The notes below the pieces were generated by a model. It worked only from the letters and a program-made list of their open reading frames with translations, did not search any database and was not told the DNA's origin. Both the position numbers and the translations under genes were made by a program. Positions 50,341 through 61,322 of a DNA stretch of 64,000 nucleotides are shown here, piece after piece. The DNA is taken from NCBI GenBank assembly GCA_963748825.1, contig CAVVKN010000009.1:192001-256000 (forward strand). The letters are read 5' to 3'. This DNA is from Methanotrichaceae archaeon. Lineage in GTDB: Archaea; Halobacteriota; Methanosarcinia; Methanotrichales; Methanotrichaceae. How positions within the stretch are numbered: the stretch's first letter is position 1; every line of letters starts with the position of its first letter.

Positions 50341-50474
50341 CGGAGCTATGAAGCGGCATAAGCCAACGGTGAGAGCGGTGAGAACGGTGAGAGGCGAGCG
50401 AGGCGACCTTAGAACGGCTTGCTGTAAAGGAACGCTGTGCGAGATTCCAACTCAGTGACTGCTTTATAGCCCCG
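50341..50474. mobile_element. MITE-like element
   Basis: Imperfect terminal IR cggagctatgaagcgg / ctgctttatagccccg; internal 9-bp cggtgagag repeats. Confidence 0.5.
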
Positions 50475-50725
50475 CCTTTGATTCTAGCTTGAGCAAGTAC
50501 GGAACGTCAATCGGAAAAATTTAATGGTGGATGGAGGTTTAATCGATCGCCAATAGATATGTGCGATGACTATAATATGGATAGAAAGAGTAGATTCTTC
50601 GTATTCAAGGGAAATGCTGAAAGCGATAGTGGGGAAATTGAGGGGGGAAAAAACCCGGAATATTTAGATCTTCAAATTTAAACCATATTAGTTTTTGAAG
50701 GGAAGACAAAAAAGAGGGGAGAAGA

Positions 50726-53416
50726 ATGGGAAAAAATGAGGGATTGATGAAAGTCGTGAAAATCGTGGTCGTAGCGATTGTTTTTGTCCTGATGCTTGTA
50801 ACGATGCCTGTTGGCGCTGATTCTGGACTTCCAGGCGGCATTGCGAAGATCAAAGATTGGGATCAGGCACATGAGTCTTTTAATTTTTCATTAGGGGAGG
50901 TTACCTCAGAAGGAGGGGACTTCTTCATTGCAGTAGATAGAATTTACGTTTTTGATTCACCAGGAATAATTGATATGGGGAATATACCTCTTGCGGATAT
51001 AAAAGAGGCACCGGAATCTGGATACAAGGAAACGGCAAAACCAATTGAAGCACACTCTTATGTCATAAGGTCACACGGGAAGTATGGAAAGATTCGCATT
51101 GAAGACATATTCACTCCTGAGGATTATGAATGGATTTCAGTTGCGGAATATGAGTTTGATTGGGTCTATCAGCCCGATGGAATGAGAAGTCTTGGAGTTG
51201 GAGAAGCTCCAGGCGAGCCAGATACCCAGGGGCAAACTGGGACTGGTGGAGAGTATGAATGTCCTCGGGATGCTCAACAGGCATATCAACAGTACATGGC
51301 AGCTTACAACAGGCTGGCCACCTTGATGGCCAAAGGCAAAGGGGATACGCCAGAAGGGCAGGAAGCATATCAAGAGTTTTCGAAGGCCAAGACCTGCTAC
51401 GATAGCCAGGGGCAAACTGGGACTGGGGGAGAGTATGAATGTCCTCAGGATGCTCAACAGGCTTACCAACAGTACATTGCCGCTTACAACAAGCTAACCT
51501 ACCTGACTGCCGAAGGTGGGGGGGATACGCCAGAAGCGAAGGAAGCATACAAAGAATACGCTGCGATGAAGGCCTGCTACGAGAACAAGACCTCGGGAAT
51601 AGGGCCATCACCCACGCTCACACTTACGCCTACATCAACCTCTGCCCCTACGCCAACCCATACACCAACCACGAATCCAACCACAATACCGATGCCCGCA
51701 TCAGCCCCTACATCAACCCTTAATCCAGTCCCGATGCCAACACCTCAGCAGACTGGCTTCTCTCAGTTTGAGGTTCCACCTAAAGGGGAATGGGCCGGAG
51801 AGTCGTGGTTCAATACCCACCTCAACGTGACTATGGGACAGATGATTTCCATTAACGCCTCGGGAACAGTTCAACCGAGCACCAGCAGGGACTTATTTTG
51901 TGGACCCGACGGAACATTTGCGGTTGACTATTGGCTAAATGATTACTCTTTCCGCTCGGATTGGGGGCACGGAGCGCTGATCGCAAGAATCGGTGCGGCA
52001 GGAACTCCGATTTTCATTGGCAACAATACCACGTTCACCACCCCCACTGGAGGCGAGGTTTGGCTCGGCGTTAATGACATCGATCCTGGCAACAATGCCG
52101 GCGAATTTGTGGTTGAGGTGTGTCTGGGACAAGCCTCTACATCCACAGACGGTGAGCTGCAGCGGCTGTATCCTGTGGCTGACGGGGACGTATATGCTTA
52201 CTCGTACCTCAACTGGAACTGGGCTAACTGGGGCATGTACAAAACTATGGCCGCTGGTTGGCACCCGGTGGGTGGAGAAAGGCGCGCATACCTGAGATTT
52301 GACCTGCCGGCCGGTCTTGACATCAGCCGCGCTGTTCTCAAGCTTTACCAGTACCAAAATGCGGGCCCCGTTCACACCCTCGGTGTGTACAGAGTAACAA
52401 GCTCGTGGGACGAGGGCACCGACACTTATCATTCGGGTGAAGTGGAAAAAAAAGCGGCACCTGGCGAATTATGCTGGATGCAACAACCGTCTTTCGACCC
52501 CGTTCCTGTAGCGACATTCACTTCAGCAACTACGGTGCCAACATGGGTAGAAGTGGACATCACGTCGCTGGTGCAGCAATGGCAAGACGACGCTCCCAAC
52601 TATGGCCTGGTGGTCAAGACAACCAATGAGCACCCTACCTCGAGCGATGCTGAGGCTAAGTCCGGGTTCTATACAAAAGAGCATCCAGATCAGGCGAACC
52701 GCCCGGTCCTGGAGTTATCACTTACAACGCAGGCACAGCAATTGAGAATATCGGATTTGCGGGGAACTCTTAACACCGATAATGACTGCAACTTGTACGT
52801 TGCTGACTGGGGAGATAACCAAGTGAAAATGATCAATCCTGATGGAAGCGCTAGCTCCTACACAAGTGGAATTGATCGACCCCGCTACCAAATATTTGAC
52901 CAAGCCGGGAACTTATATATGGGCTCCTTTGACGGAAATATCTACCAGGTCTCGGCTTCTGGGAAAAAGACAGTCGTTGCAAGTGGGATCTGGAGCCCAC
53001 AGGGTATGGGTTTCGACAGTGATGGCAATCTCTACGTGGCTGGGGGCTACGATGGAAAGATACACCGCATAGCTCCCGATGGATCCAAGACCGCCATGGA
53101 TTCCGGTTTCACCTATCCCAAGCATCTGGCAGTAAAAACCGATGGAAACGTATACGTAGTCGGTAACAGTGGGACTATTGTCCTCAGGATTACTCCAGGG
53201 GGAGATAAAGCAAACTTGGTGGATATTAACGAGACCATATTAGGTATGGCAACGGACGGCGAGTATCTTTACGTATCACACTCGGATAAAATCTCCAGGA
53301 TAGATTCCTTCGGACAGGTCACCCAAATCGCAATCGATCTCGATCAACCCAGCAGCCTGACAGTGTGCAGCGGCAACGTTTTTGTCACGGTAAGGGATGG
53401 AATTGTGAAGATGTAG
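50726..53416 (+). CDS. Large secreted mosaic protein (duplicated Cys-helical module, PT linker, lectin-like, DNRLRE-like and beta-propeller domains)
   Basis: Signal peptide; GALIARIG/WLGVND..NNAGEF; RAYLRFDL...NYGLVVK...RPVLEL; repeated GNLYVA blades. Confidence 0.78.
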   Translation: MGKNEGLMKVVKIVVVAIVFVLMLVTMPVGADSGLPGGIAKIKDWDQAHESFNFSLGEVTSEGGDFFIAVDRIYVFDSPGIIDMGNIPLADIKEAPESGYKETAKPIEAHSYVIRSHGKYGKIRIEDIFTPEDYEWISVAEYEFDWVYQPDGMRSLGVGEAPGEPDTQGQTGTGGEYECPRDAQQAYQQYMAAYNRLATLMAKGKGDTPEGQEAYQEFSKAKTCYDSQGQTGTGGEYECPQDAQQAYQQYIAAYNKLTYLTAEGGGDTPEAKEAYKEYAAMKACYENKTSGIGPSPTLTLTPTSTSAPTPTHTPTTNPTTIPMPASAPTSTLNPVPMPTPQQTGFSQFEVPPKGEWAGESWFNTHLNVTMGQMISINASGTVQPSTSRDLFCGPDGTFAVDYWLNDYSFRSDWGHGALIARIGAAGTPIFIGNNTTFTTPTGGEVWLGVNDIDPGNNAGEFVVEVCLGQASTSTDGELQRLYPVADGDVYAYSYLNWNWANWGMYKTMAAGWHPVGGERRAYLRFDLPAGLDISRAVLKLYQYQNAGPVHTLGVYRVTSSWDEGTDTYHSGEVEKKAAPGELCWMQQPSFDPVPVATFTSATTVPTWVEVDITSLVQQWQDDAPNYGLVVKTTNEHPTSSDAEAKSGFYTKEHPDQANRPVLELSLTTQAQQLRISDLRGTLNTDNDCNLYVADWGDNQVKMINPDGSASSYTSGIDRPRYQIFDQAGNLYMGSFDGNIYQVSASGKKTVVASGIWSPQGMGFDSDGNLYVAGGYDGKIHRIAPDGSKTAMDSGFTYPKHLAVKTDGNVYVVGNSGTIVLRITPGGDKANLVDINETILGMATDGEYLYVSHSDKISRIDSFGQVTQIAIDLDQPSSLTVCSGNVFVTVRDGIVKM
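51226..51585 (+). repeat. 180-bp intragenic tandem duplication
   Basis: ccaggggcaaactgggactgg... occurs at 51226 and 51406. Confidence 0.9.
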
Positions 53417-53478
53417 ATTTCTGATGAGATAAAAAACCGGGACCTTTGATTTGACCGGTGCCCGGGGGGTGAGAGATA

Positions 53479-53633
53479 ATGGTGGATGGCAACCTACGAG
53501 CGGAGCCATATGTAGTGGCCGAAGATATCTATGCTTTGGCTTCGCATGTAGGGTGCAGCAGATGGACCTGGTACACCGGGGAGCGTCGGGCCGGATGTAT
53601 CGTCTCATATTGGAATCCCTAATTGAGAAATGA
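53479..53633 (+). pseudogene. Fragment of a GH94/NdvB-type phosphorylase C-terminus
   Basis: EPYVVAEDIYALASHVGCSRWTWYTG, then after a frameshift GRMYRLILESLI. Confidence 0.65.
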
Positions 53634-53721
53634 ACATTGGGACGACGCAGTTTTAAGCCAAAGATCTGGCCTCATAACTTGCTCATGAGGTGGCGAGGGG
53701 GTTCTGGATATATAAAGGCGG

Positions 53722-53759
53722 AATACCTTGTGCATACAAATTTGTATGCACAAGGTATT
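53722..53759. promoter_or_regulatory. Perfect 38-bp palindrome abutting a TATA-like box
   Basis: aataccttgtgcatacaaa|tttgtatgcacaaggtatt followed by tttaaata. Confidence 0.7.
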
Positions 53760-53819
53760 TTTAAATAGCTCCTTCTCGTATGTTAGAATGCCCTGAAAAG
53801 GGGAAGAGGTGAATGTGTT

Positions 53820-54089
53820 ATGCTTTTCATTGCACTGGCTAAGTTCAAGAAAAAGCTGAGCAAGGAAATTATTGCAGAGAACATGAAGGATATAGAGGCC
53901 GACACGAAAGGACAGGTTCGATACCTGGGCATCTACTGGACTCTCGGAAGGTACGATACCGTTGTGCTATTTGAAGCCCCAAATGAAAAAGTAGCGATGA
54001 ATATGGCCTTAAAAAGAGCGGACCGGATGGATATAGAGATTCTCGTGGCCGTACCAGCAGAAGAAGGGAGTCCTGCTGGACCGGCCTAA
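53820..54089 (+). CDS. GYD domain protein
   Basis: YWTLGRYDTVVLFEAPN; GAGGTG SD. Confidence 0.85.
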   Translation: MLFIALAKFKKKLSKEIIAENMKDIEADTKGQVRYLGIYWTLGRYDTVVLFEAPNEKVAMNMALKRADRMDIEILVAVPAEEGSPAGPA

Positions 54090-54118
54090 CCCTGGTTTTT
54101 GATGCATTCTAGAATGAC

Positions 54119-55027
54119 TCAAAATGGTGCGATACCAGCGACTGCGCAGCCCACCAGGAATCCAAAAATCACTCCGGAATTGAGGAAGGGCAGTCCCGCC
54201 TGGGGCCGATCCCGCGAGGTGGTCATCAAGAGGAAGAAGCCGAGATAGGTGCCCAGCATGGCTCCTATTGCCGGAAAATTTACGCCGAAAAAGCCGCCGG
54301 CAGGAAGCGAGGTGTAAGCCGATATGACCAGAATAGTGGGTATGATGGCATCTCCCAGGCCCAGGAAGAAAGCTCCCCTCTTGCCGCTCGTCTGGTTGCC
54401 GCCGGCATTCTCCGCCTGATCGCTGCCGTTCGAGGTTGAGACTGGAGCCGGATCCTTCCGGAAGCTGTAGCTGCGGCTCCTCGGCACCACAAAGAGCAGA
54501 GGAGCTTTTATCTTTATCACGCCTTCCGCCAAAGAGACCATATGGCGGGTCTTGTAGACAGAGAGGGCATCGTAGACTGCCAGGATGATTAACAGCAAGA
54601 GAGTAGGAAGAATTGTCATGCTCACTCCGAATAGCGAGCTGATGCCGGCGCAGACGGCAATGCCGAAGGCGTCGATGACATACCACTCCGGATAGTAGCG
54701 AAGCAGAAGAAGCACGGCAGCTGTAGGCAGCAGCGCTAGCCAGGGAGGCAGGAAGGCCACCATCAGATAATAGATGCTTGTGGCAATTGATAATTGTATA
54801 AATCCGGAGACAACCCAGCTCTTCTTCTTTTTTATGGCCAGGAGAAGAAGAGCCGTGAAGACCAGGATGAGAAGCATATAGACGACGGGATTCGAGGCTG
54901 ATGTGGGATCCTCAAAGACCCTGTAGTCGCTGGCGGAGATGGCTGGTGTGACAGCCAGAGCCAAAATCTGAACGGCCACCACGAAGAGCAGCATGATCAG
55001 AACCGGAATCCTTGAACTCTCGGACAT
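54119..55027 (-). CDS. Presenilin-family intramembrane aspartyl protease (PSH)
   Basis: AVYD, GLGD and PQAGLP(F)LN motifs; multiple TM segments. Confidence 0.92.
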   Translation of the reverse strand: MSESSRIPVLIMLLFVVAVQILALAVTPAISASDYRVFEDPTSASNPVVYMLLILVFTALLLLAIKKKKSWVVSGFIQLSIATSIYYLMVAFLPPWLALLPTAAVLLLLRYYPEWYVIDAFGIAVCAGISSLFGVSMTILPTLLLLIILAVYDALSVYKTRHMVSLAEGVIKIKAPLLFVVPRSRSYSFRKDPAPVSTSNGSDQAENAGGNQTSGKRGAFFLGLGDAIIPTILVISAYTSLPAGGFFGVNFPAIGAMLGTYLGFFLLMTTSRDRPQAGLPFLNSGVIFGFLVGCAVAGIAPF

Positions 55028-55042
55028 AATCTCTCGCGCCGC

Positions 55043-55591
55043 TCAAAGCTCCCGGCTTTTCTCATTCGCATCATTCTTCTTTTTCTCTTCCAGGAGCTGC
55101 AGGTAGGAGCTTCTAATCGACTCGTGTAGACCCAATCGGCTTAATATGGATAAAACCTTCCGTTTCTGTTCCTCATAGTCGCCATCGCCTTCTGCCTCCA
55201 CTTCCACGAAGCGGCCCAGCCCCTCCACCTCATCTATTGCCAGAACGACTCCATCATAGGAATACTTGCTCCTGCGCTTTCTTACCTGAGCAGATAGCAC
55301 AAATCCTAAGGAAGAGAGAATCTGCTCCATCTGTTGAGGATCGTCGATTTTCACAGTCCTTTCCAGGCGCGACTTGGTGGTTTGGTCAAGCTTGGGCCCC
55401 TTGTAAGTCAGACGTGCTCCCCCTTCCTTGATGCGGATACGCAGGGCCTCATCGCTGACTATAAAGTCACGCAAAGGCGAATTGAAATAAAGGTCCTGGT
55501 GGTTTTCCACCACCAGCAATACGGCCCCCAGAGCAGCGATCTTCTCGGCCATGTCCTCTGGGGCGCGGGCCTTAACCTCGACCTCGATCAT
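55043..55591 (-). CDS. cyaB: CYTH / class IV adenylate cyclase-like protein
   Basis: EVEVK, QDLYF, LRIR, LTYKG, FVEVE and SYL. Confidence 0.88.
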   Translation of the reverse strand: MIEVEVKARAPEDMAEKIAALGAVLLVVENHQDLYFNSPLRDFIVSDEALRIRIKEGGARLTYKGPKLDQTTKSRLERTVKIDDPQQMEQILSSLGFVLSAQVRKRRSKYSYDGVVLAIDEVEGLGRFVEVEAEGDGDYEEQKRKVLSILSRLGLHESIRSSYLQLLEEKKKNDANEKSREL

Positions 55592-58170
55592 CTTCGAACC
55601 AGCACTGTGGCCTTTCCCAGGCGCAGTATATCTACGGCCTCGCCTGCGGAAAGATTCTCCACGACAATCTCTGCTGCCTCTGGTGGGACCTCGATGATCT
55701 CACCGTCCACTGGGACCGCAATTGTTCCCCCTGCCTTCTGGCTGGCAACCAGGGCCGGGTCCATGCCACCCAGGGCTTTTATGATCTTGCCGCTCTTGTC
55801 CTTGAACCTGGGGCCTATTATTTTCATCTGCGGCTTGACGGCTACGGCCTTCATCTCGATCATGGGGCTTCCCGTACGGCTATCGACTTGAGAGTTAGCC
55901 ACGCCAACGAGATCAATGGTCTCCAGGGCCAGATCAGAGTATACTACTATCCCCGGAAGAGGCGAATTGAGGGCCATGCCTTTCTCTGCCTTGTAGCGGC
56001 GCAGCGCTGCGGCAATTTCTTTTATGGCAAGTCCTGCCGGATCGATCTCTATGCCGAAGGGCTCTGGCCAGCTCTGCACATGCACGCTCTTTCCAGTGAG
56101 GGTATGATGAATCTCCTCGGAGATGAAGGGGGTGAAGGGCGCCATGAGCTTGGAGAGCGTCTCCAGAGCCGTGTAAAGAGTATTTTGGGCTGCCCTCTTC
56201 TCCGGCCCGTCCGGCCCGTAGAGACGGGCCTTGACCAGTTCTATGTAATTGTCGGCCAGGACCTCCCAGGCAAAGCCGCGAATGGCCTTCATGGTCTCAT
56301 CAAACTGGAAAGCGTCCATGGCAATGGTGGCCTTCGTGATGAGTGAATCCAGCTCCCCCAGGAGCCAGCGATCCACTTGACCGGGAACGGCATCAACTTT
56401 GGCAATAAGGGGCAACGAGAAGCGATAGATCGACCAGAGCTTCTGCTGGAAGCGACTGGCTGCCGTGATCTCCTTCCACTGGAACATAATGTCATTTCCA
56501 GGGGACCCGCCCATGGCCCCCCACTGGCGGAGCGCATCGGCGCCATTGGTCAGGAAGACCTCCTCGGGGCGTATGAAGTTGTTTAAAGACTTGGACATCT
56601 TGTGCCCGTCCTCACCTAGAGCCATGCCGTTGACGAGAATGGTATCCCAGGGCTTGACGCCCTCCAGGGATTTCGTGCGCAAAATGGTGTAAAAAGCCCA
56701 GGTGCGGATGATGTCATGCCCCTGCGGTCTTAGCTGCGTGGGCATGCGCAGATCCTTTCCCTTTCGATCCGGCCAGCCGGCTACCGCCAGGGCAGAGATG
56801 GAGCTGTCCATCCAGGTGTCCAGGACATCCTGCTCCGGGATGAAATCATCGCTTCCGCACTTGCATTTCTCAGGCGGATGAGTCTGGTTGGGGTCCAATG
56901 GAAGCCACTCTTCCCGGGCAACTTTTACCTCTTGGCAATGGCGGCAATACCAGACGGGTATGGGCGTGGCAAATATCCTCTGCCGGGAGATGCACCAATC
57001 CCATTCCACAGAGTCTGCCCAGTTCTTAAGCCGGACCTGCATGTGGGGAGGTACCCAATCGATCTCCTCGGCCGTCTTCTTGATCTCCTCGGAATTGATT
57101 TTGACAAACCACTGCCGCTCAGATAAAATCTCAATGGGCGCCTTGCACCGCCAGCAGAGGCCCACATTCTGCTCCAGTGGCTCCTGCTTGAAGATTATCC
57201 CCTCATTTATCATATCCTGGGTGATCTTATTCTTGGCCTCGGTCACAGATAGGCCCGCGTAGGGCCCGGCGATGGCCGTCAGCACTCCCTCGCGATCTAT
57301 GGCCTGGCGCAACGGAAGGTGATGCTCCATCCACCATCTCACATCCTGCCGGTCTCCAAAGGTGCAGATCATGACAATTCCCGTTCCAAAGCTCGTGTCC
57401 ACCACAGGATCAGCCAGCACAGGAACTTCGTAATTGAATATGGGAACCAAGACATTCTTGCCGATATATTGGCGGTAGCGCTCATCATTGGGATTCACAG
57501 CTACGGCCACGCAGGCAGGCAGAAGCTCGGGCCGGGAGGTGGCGATCTGCATCTCGCCGTCCTGTGCAGAAAAACGCATGTAATTTAGAGTCGTGGTGCG
57601 AGAATCGTATTCCACTTCAGCAAAGGCTATGGCGGTGCCGCAGCGGGGACACCAGTTGACGGGATGGTTCGCCCGGTAGATCTGGCCGCTCTGGTACATG
57701 CGCACGAAAGAGGTTTGCGTCTTGACATAGTACTCCGGCTTCATGGTTACGTACTCGTTGGACCAGTCAATGGATAGGCCCAGCCGTCCCATGGACAGAT
57801 GAAAACGCTCGATGGCCTCAAAAGTCAGCTTCTCGCACAGCCGCCGAAACTCTTCTCGAGGAACCTGGTTCTTTGTGATATGGTTTAGCTGTTCTACCTT
57901 TACCTCGGTAGGAAGCCCGTGGCAGTCCCAGCCCTGCGGGAACATGACGTTATAGCCTCGCATGCGCTTGTAGCGAGCCACGTAGTCGATGTAACACCAG
58001 TTAAGAGCGTTTCCAATATGGAAGTCTCCCGTGGGGTAGGGTGGAGGTGTGTCAATGATGTATTGCGGTTTTTTCGATTCCCAATCGAAGTGATAAATTG
58101 AACTGTCCCAACTCTGCACCCATTTCTCTTCCACTTGACTAAAGTTGTACTCCTTGGAGACCTCGCTCAT
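55588..58170 (-). CDS. valS: Valine--tRNA ligase
   Basis: [34 protein letters not shown] and KMSKS. Confidence 0.97.
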   Translation of the reverse strand: MSEVSKEYNFSQVEEKWVQSWDSSIYHFDWESKKPQYIIDTPPPYPTGDFHIGNALNWCYIDYVARYKRMRGYNVMFPQGWDCHGLPTEVKVEQLNHITKNQVPREEFRRLCEKLTFEAIERFHLSMGRLGLSIDWSNEYVTMKPEYYVKTQTSFVRMYQSGQIYRANHPVNWCPRCGTAIAFAEVEYDSRTTTLNYMRFSAQDGEMQIATSRPELLPACVAVAVNPNDERYRQYIGKNVLVPIFNYEVPVLADPVVDTSFGTGIVMICTFGDRQDVRWWMEHHLPLRQAIDREGVLTAIAGPYAGLSVTEAKNKITQDMINEGIIFKQEPLEQNVGLCWRCKAPIEILSERQWFVKINSEEIKKTAEEIDWVPPHMQVRLKNWADSVEWDWCISRQRIFATPIPVWYCRHCQEVKVAREEWLPLDPNQTHPPEKCKCGSDDFIPEQDVLDTWMDSSISALAVAGWPDRKGKDLRMPTQLRPQGHDIIRTWAFYTILRTKSLEGVKPWDTILVNGMALGEDGHKMSKSLNNFIRPEEVFLTNGADALRQWGAMGGSPGNDIMFQWKEITAASRFQQKLWSIYRFSLPLIAKVDAVPGQVDRWLLGELDSLITKATIAMDAFQFDETMKAIRGFAWEVLADNYIELVKARLYGPDGPEKRAAQNTLYTALETLSKLMAPFTPFISEEIHHTLTGKSVHVQSWPEPFGIEIDPAGLAIKEIAAALRRYKAEKGMALNSPLPGIVVYSDLALETIDLVGVANSQVDSRTGSPMIEMKAVAVKPQMKIIGPRFKDKSGKIIKALGGMDPALVASQKAGGTIAVPVDGEIIEVPPEAAEIVVENLSAGEAVDILRLGKATVLVRR

Positions 58171-58246
58171 CAGAATGCTCCTGCTCTTTGGCTGCATGAG
58201 CAGTTGAACACAATGTTAATAGGATTATCGGTAGACCAATAGCAAT

Positions 58247-58738
58247 ATGCAACTCCTGATCTATCATGCAGATCAATGCGACCCCAAGAAATGCTCGGGC
58301 AAAAAGTTGGCTCGCTTCGATCTGGTTCGCTTAACCCGTCATATAAACCAGCTCCGGCCTTTCCTGGTGTTAAGTCCCTTTTCAGAAAAGGCGCTCTCCC
58401 CAGAGGACAAAGGGGCAAGAGGACTTGCCGCCCTGGACTGCAGCTGGGCCCAGGCCGAGGAGGTCTTCTTGCGCTTTAAGCTAATGGAGAGGGCACTGCC
58501 ATTCCTGGTGGCCGCCAATCCCGTAAACTATGGAAAACCCTTCAAGCTCTCCACAGTGGAGGCACTGGCTGCGGGGCTCATCATCTTAGGAGAGAGAGAG
58601 CAGGCTGAATTGATACTCTCCAAATTCAACTGGGGACATGTCTTTTTAAAACTCAACCAGGAGCCGTTGCAGGAGTACGCCGCAGCAAAAAACTCAGCTG
58701 AGGTGGTGAAAATTCAGGAGGCATATTTATCTGGATAA
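58247..58738 (+). CDS. tsr3: 16S rRNA aminocarboxypropyltransferase Tsr3 (DUF367)
   Basis: [31 protein letters not shown] and LSTVEA. Confidence 0.93.
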   Translation: MQLLIYHADQCDPKKCSGKKLARFDLVRLTRHINQLRPFLVLSPFSEKALSPEDKGARGLAALDCSWAQAEEVFLRFKLMERALPFLVAANPVNYGKPFKLSTVEALAAGLIILGEREQAELILSKFNWGHVFLKLNQEPLQEYAAAKNSAEVVKIQEAYLSG

Positions 58739-58741
58739 AAA

Positions 58742-58879
58742 AATTTCGAGCTAGCAGTTTCGCTTCCCGCCTGCATTAAAATGGACGGGGCTATGGGCCC
58801 GTCTTGCAGAAAGGCGTCGTGCAGATCACCATTCCCAAAGAGGTCGCCATAATCAGAAAACGCATATGAATTGGCTGAT
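58742..58879 (+). pseudogene. Hsp20/alpha-crystallin C-terminal remnant
   Basis: FELAVSLPACIKMDGAM, then after a frameshift AVLQKGVVQITIPK...RKRI*IG. Confidence 0.5.
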
Positions 58880-60087
58880 CAGGGTGCATCATTTTGGAGA
58901 AGTATATGGTGCATTTTGTCCCTCTTCGTCTCCAGATATCTTCTATTGACATTATTGGGCTCAGTCTCAAGAGCAACGCGCTCTACAATCTTCAGGCCGT
59001 AGCCTTCCAGACCAATCACCTTGCGAGGATTGTTGGTCAAGAGACGAATCTCTTTTATGCCCAGATCTACTAAAATCTGGGCGCCAATGCCGTAATCTCG
59101 AAGATCGGCCGGGTAGCCCAGTTCGTTATTGGCCTCAACCGTATCCGAGCCGGCATCCTGCAGGGCATAGGCGCGAAGCTTATTGGCGAGGCCAATGCCC
59201 CTGCCCTCCTGACGCATGTAAAGAAATACTCCATTTCCGTTCTCACTGATGAGATGCAAGGCCTTGCGAAGCTGCTCGCCGCAATCGCAACGCTGGGAGG
59301 AGAAGACATCTCCCGTGAGGCACTCCGAATGCACCCGGACCAAGGCATCTGGGGCTGCGGGATCACCGGACACGAAGGCGACGTGACACTGTCCGTCCAA
59401 AATGGACTCATAGCCTATCGCCCTAAAGTATCCGTACTCTGTGGGCATGCTCACATCCGAGACCTTGCGGATTAGCTTCTCGCGCTGCATGCGGTAGCTG
59501 ATGAGGCTCTCGATGGTCACCATTCTAAGGTTGTTTTGCTCTGCAAAGACCTCCAGCTCGGGCAGTCTGGCCATACTGCCGTCATCATTCATGATCTCAC
59601 AGATGACTCCCGCTGGATTTAGGCCCGCCAGCCGGGCTAGGTCCACGCAGGCCTCGGTATGGCCGGTGCGCCGCAAGACGCCTCCCTCTTTGGCCTGCAA
59701 GGGAAAGAGATGGCCAGGAGTGACAATATCGCTTCGCCTCGTTTTGGGGTCGATAAGCGTTTGCACTGTCGTCGCTCGATCAAAAGCAGAGATACCGGTG
59801 GTAGTGTTGGCCCTGGCATCCACGGATACCGTAAATGCCGTGCCCATGGACTCCGTATTCTGGGCAGTCATGAGGGGAAGGTCCAGCTCCCGCAACCTTT
59901 CCGCCGTCATGGGCATGCAGATCAGGCCGCGAGCAAAGCGAGCCATGAAATTGATGGCATCAGGCGTCACCTTTTCCGCGGCCATCATCAGGTCGCCCTC
60001 GTTCTCTCGGTTCTCATCGTCCAATACTATGATGAAGCGGCCCGACTGGATATCTAAAATCGCATCTTCTACAGAACAAAATGGCAT
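58879..60087 (-). CDS. ribBA: Bifunctional DHBP synthase / GTP cyclohydrolase II
   Basis: [48 protein letters not shown] and LTNNP. Confidence 0.95.
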   Translation of the reverse strand: MPFCSVEDAILDIQSGRFIIVLDDENRENEGDLMMAAEKVTPDAINFMARFARGLICMPMTAERLRELDLPLMTAQNTESMGTAFTVSVDARANTTTGISAFDRATTVQTLIDPKTRRSDIVTPGHLFPLQAKEGGVLRRTGHTEACVDLARLAGLNPAGVICEIMNDDGSMARLPELEVFAEQNNLRMVTIESLISYRMQREKLIRKVSDVSMPTEYGYFRAIGYESILDGQCHVAFVSGDPAAPDALVRVHSECLTGDVFSSQRCDCGEQLRKALHLISENGNGVFLYMRQEGRGIGLANKLRAYALQDAGSDTVEANNELGYPADLRDYGIGAQILVDLGIKEIRLLTNNPRKVIGLEGYGLKIVERVALETEPNNVNRRYLETKRDKMHHILLQNDAP

Positions 60088-60196
60088 ATAAGACGGTAAG
60101 CAGTACTGCCGAATACTTAAGAGTTTTGTGCCAATCGCAAAATAGTATGAAGCCCGCAAAAAAGGACTTCAGATGATACAGATGAGGAGAGCGCAA

Positions 60197-61213
60197 TCAG
60201 GACCAGACACCCGCCAATGCGCTGCCGCATTTACTGCAATGCCCATCGATCACGGAATTTCTCATGATACTGTATCCCAGCCGTTCAATCTGTTCCTCTT
60301 TGCAGACGGGGCAGATGGTATTCTCACTCTCGCCTGGAATGTTCCCGACGTAGACGTACTTAAGTCCCGCCTTGCGGCCGGCCAGCAGGCCCCTGCGAAG
60401 CGACTCTATCCCTGTCCGGGGAACATCTTTCATCTTGTACATGGGATAGAAGGCAGAGATATGCCAGGGCATATCCGGACTCACACCGGCCAGAAACTCG
60501 GCTAGATCCTTTAGCACCGCATCGGAATCGTTGTAGCCGGGAATGAGGAGGGTTGTAACCTCTACCCAGACGCCTCTCTTCCGGAACAGATCGATGTTGT
60601 GCTCAACAGGCTCGAGCTTTGCTCCGCAGACCTTGCGGTAGAATTGATCATCACCCTTCAGATCGATGTTTATGCCGTCCAAAATGGGCGCGATCTTTTG
60701 CGCGGCCTCTTCGCCCATGTAGCCGTTGCTGACAAAGACATTCTTCAGGCCCTCCTCGTGGGCCAATGCTGCCACATCAAAGGCGTACTCGAAGAAGATG
60801 GTGGGCTCGGAATAGGTGTAGGCTATGGACTGACAGCCGAGAGCATTAGCATTCGCAACTACACTCTTCGGGCTTACGAATTCTCCCGGTATCTGGCCGG
60901 TTTCCCGAGGCAGTTGGGAGATGTCCGCATTCTGGCAGTGCAGGCAGCGGAAGTTGCAGCCCACCGTAGCTATAGAATAGGCGAGGCTTCCCGGCAGAAA
61001 ATGAAAGAAGGGCTTCTTCTCAATGGGGTCGGCATTGGCGGCCACCAGGCTTCCATATACCATGGTCATCAGCTTTCCATTCCGGTTTTCCCGCACGCCG
61101 CAGATACCCCTCTTGCTGGAACGGATACGGCATTGCTGGTGGCATAGACTGCACTCGACGTCGCCATCCAGTTTTTCCCAGAATTGGGCCTCTCTAATCG
61201 TCTCTGAAGCCAT
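60197..61213 (-). CDS. amrS: AmmeMemoRadiSam system radical SAM enzyme
   Basis: CSLCHQQC, DPIEKKPFFHFLPG, GCNFRCLHCQN, YTYSEP and VYVGN. Confidence 0.9.
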   Translation of the reverse strand: MASETIREAQFWEKLDGDVECSLCHQQCRIRSSKRGICGVRENRNGKLMTMVYGSLVAANADPIEKKPFFHFLPGSLAYSIATVGCNFRCLHCQNADISQLPRETGQIPGEFVSPKSVVANANALGCQSIAYTYSEPTIFFEYAFDVAALAHEEGLKNVFVSNGYMGEEAAQKIAPILDGINIDLKGDDQFYRKVCGAKLEPVEHNIDLFRKRGVWVEVTTLLIPGYNDSDAVLKDLAEFLAGVSPDMPWHISAFYPMYKMKDVPRTGIESLRRGLLAGRKAGLKYVYVGNIPGESENTICPVCKEEQIERLGYSIMRNSVIDGHCSKCGSALAGVWS

Positions 61214-61322
61214 AAATAAACACCAGAGTATTCAAGGCACTCATAATATGTATAACAATGGTGTACAAAATTTAATATCAATTTTTGGTTGGAAAAAAGT
61301 GGCTTTGGGGGCAAAATGCCCT

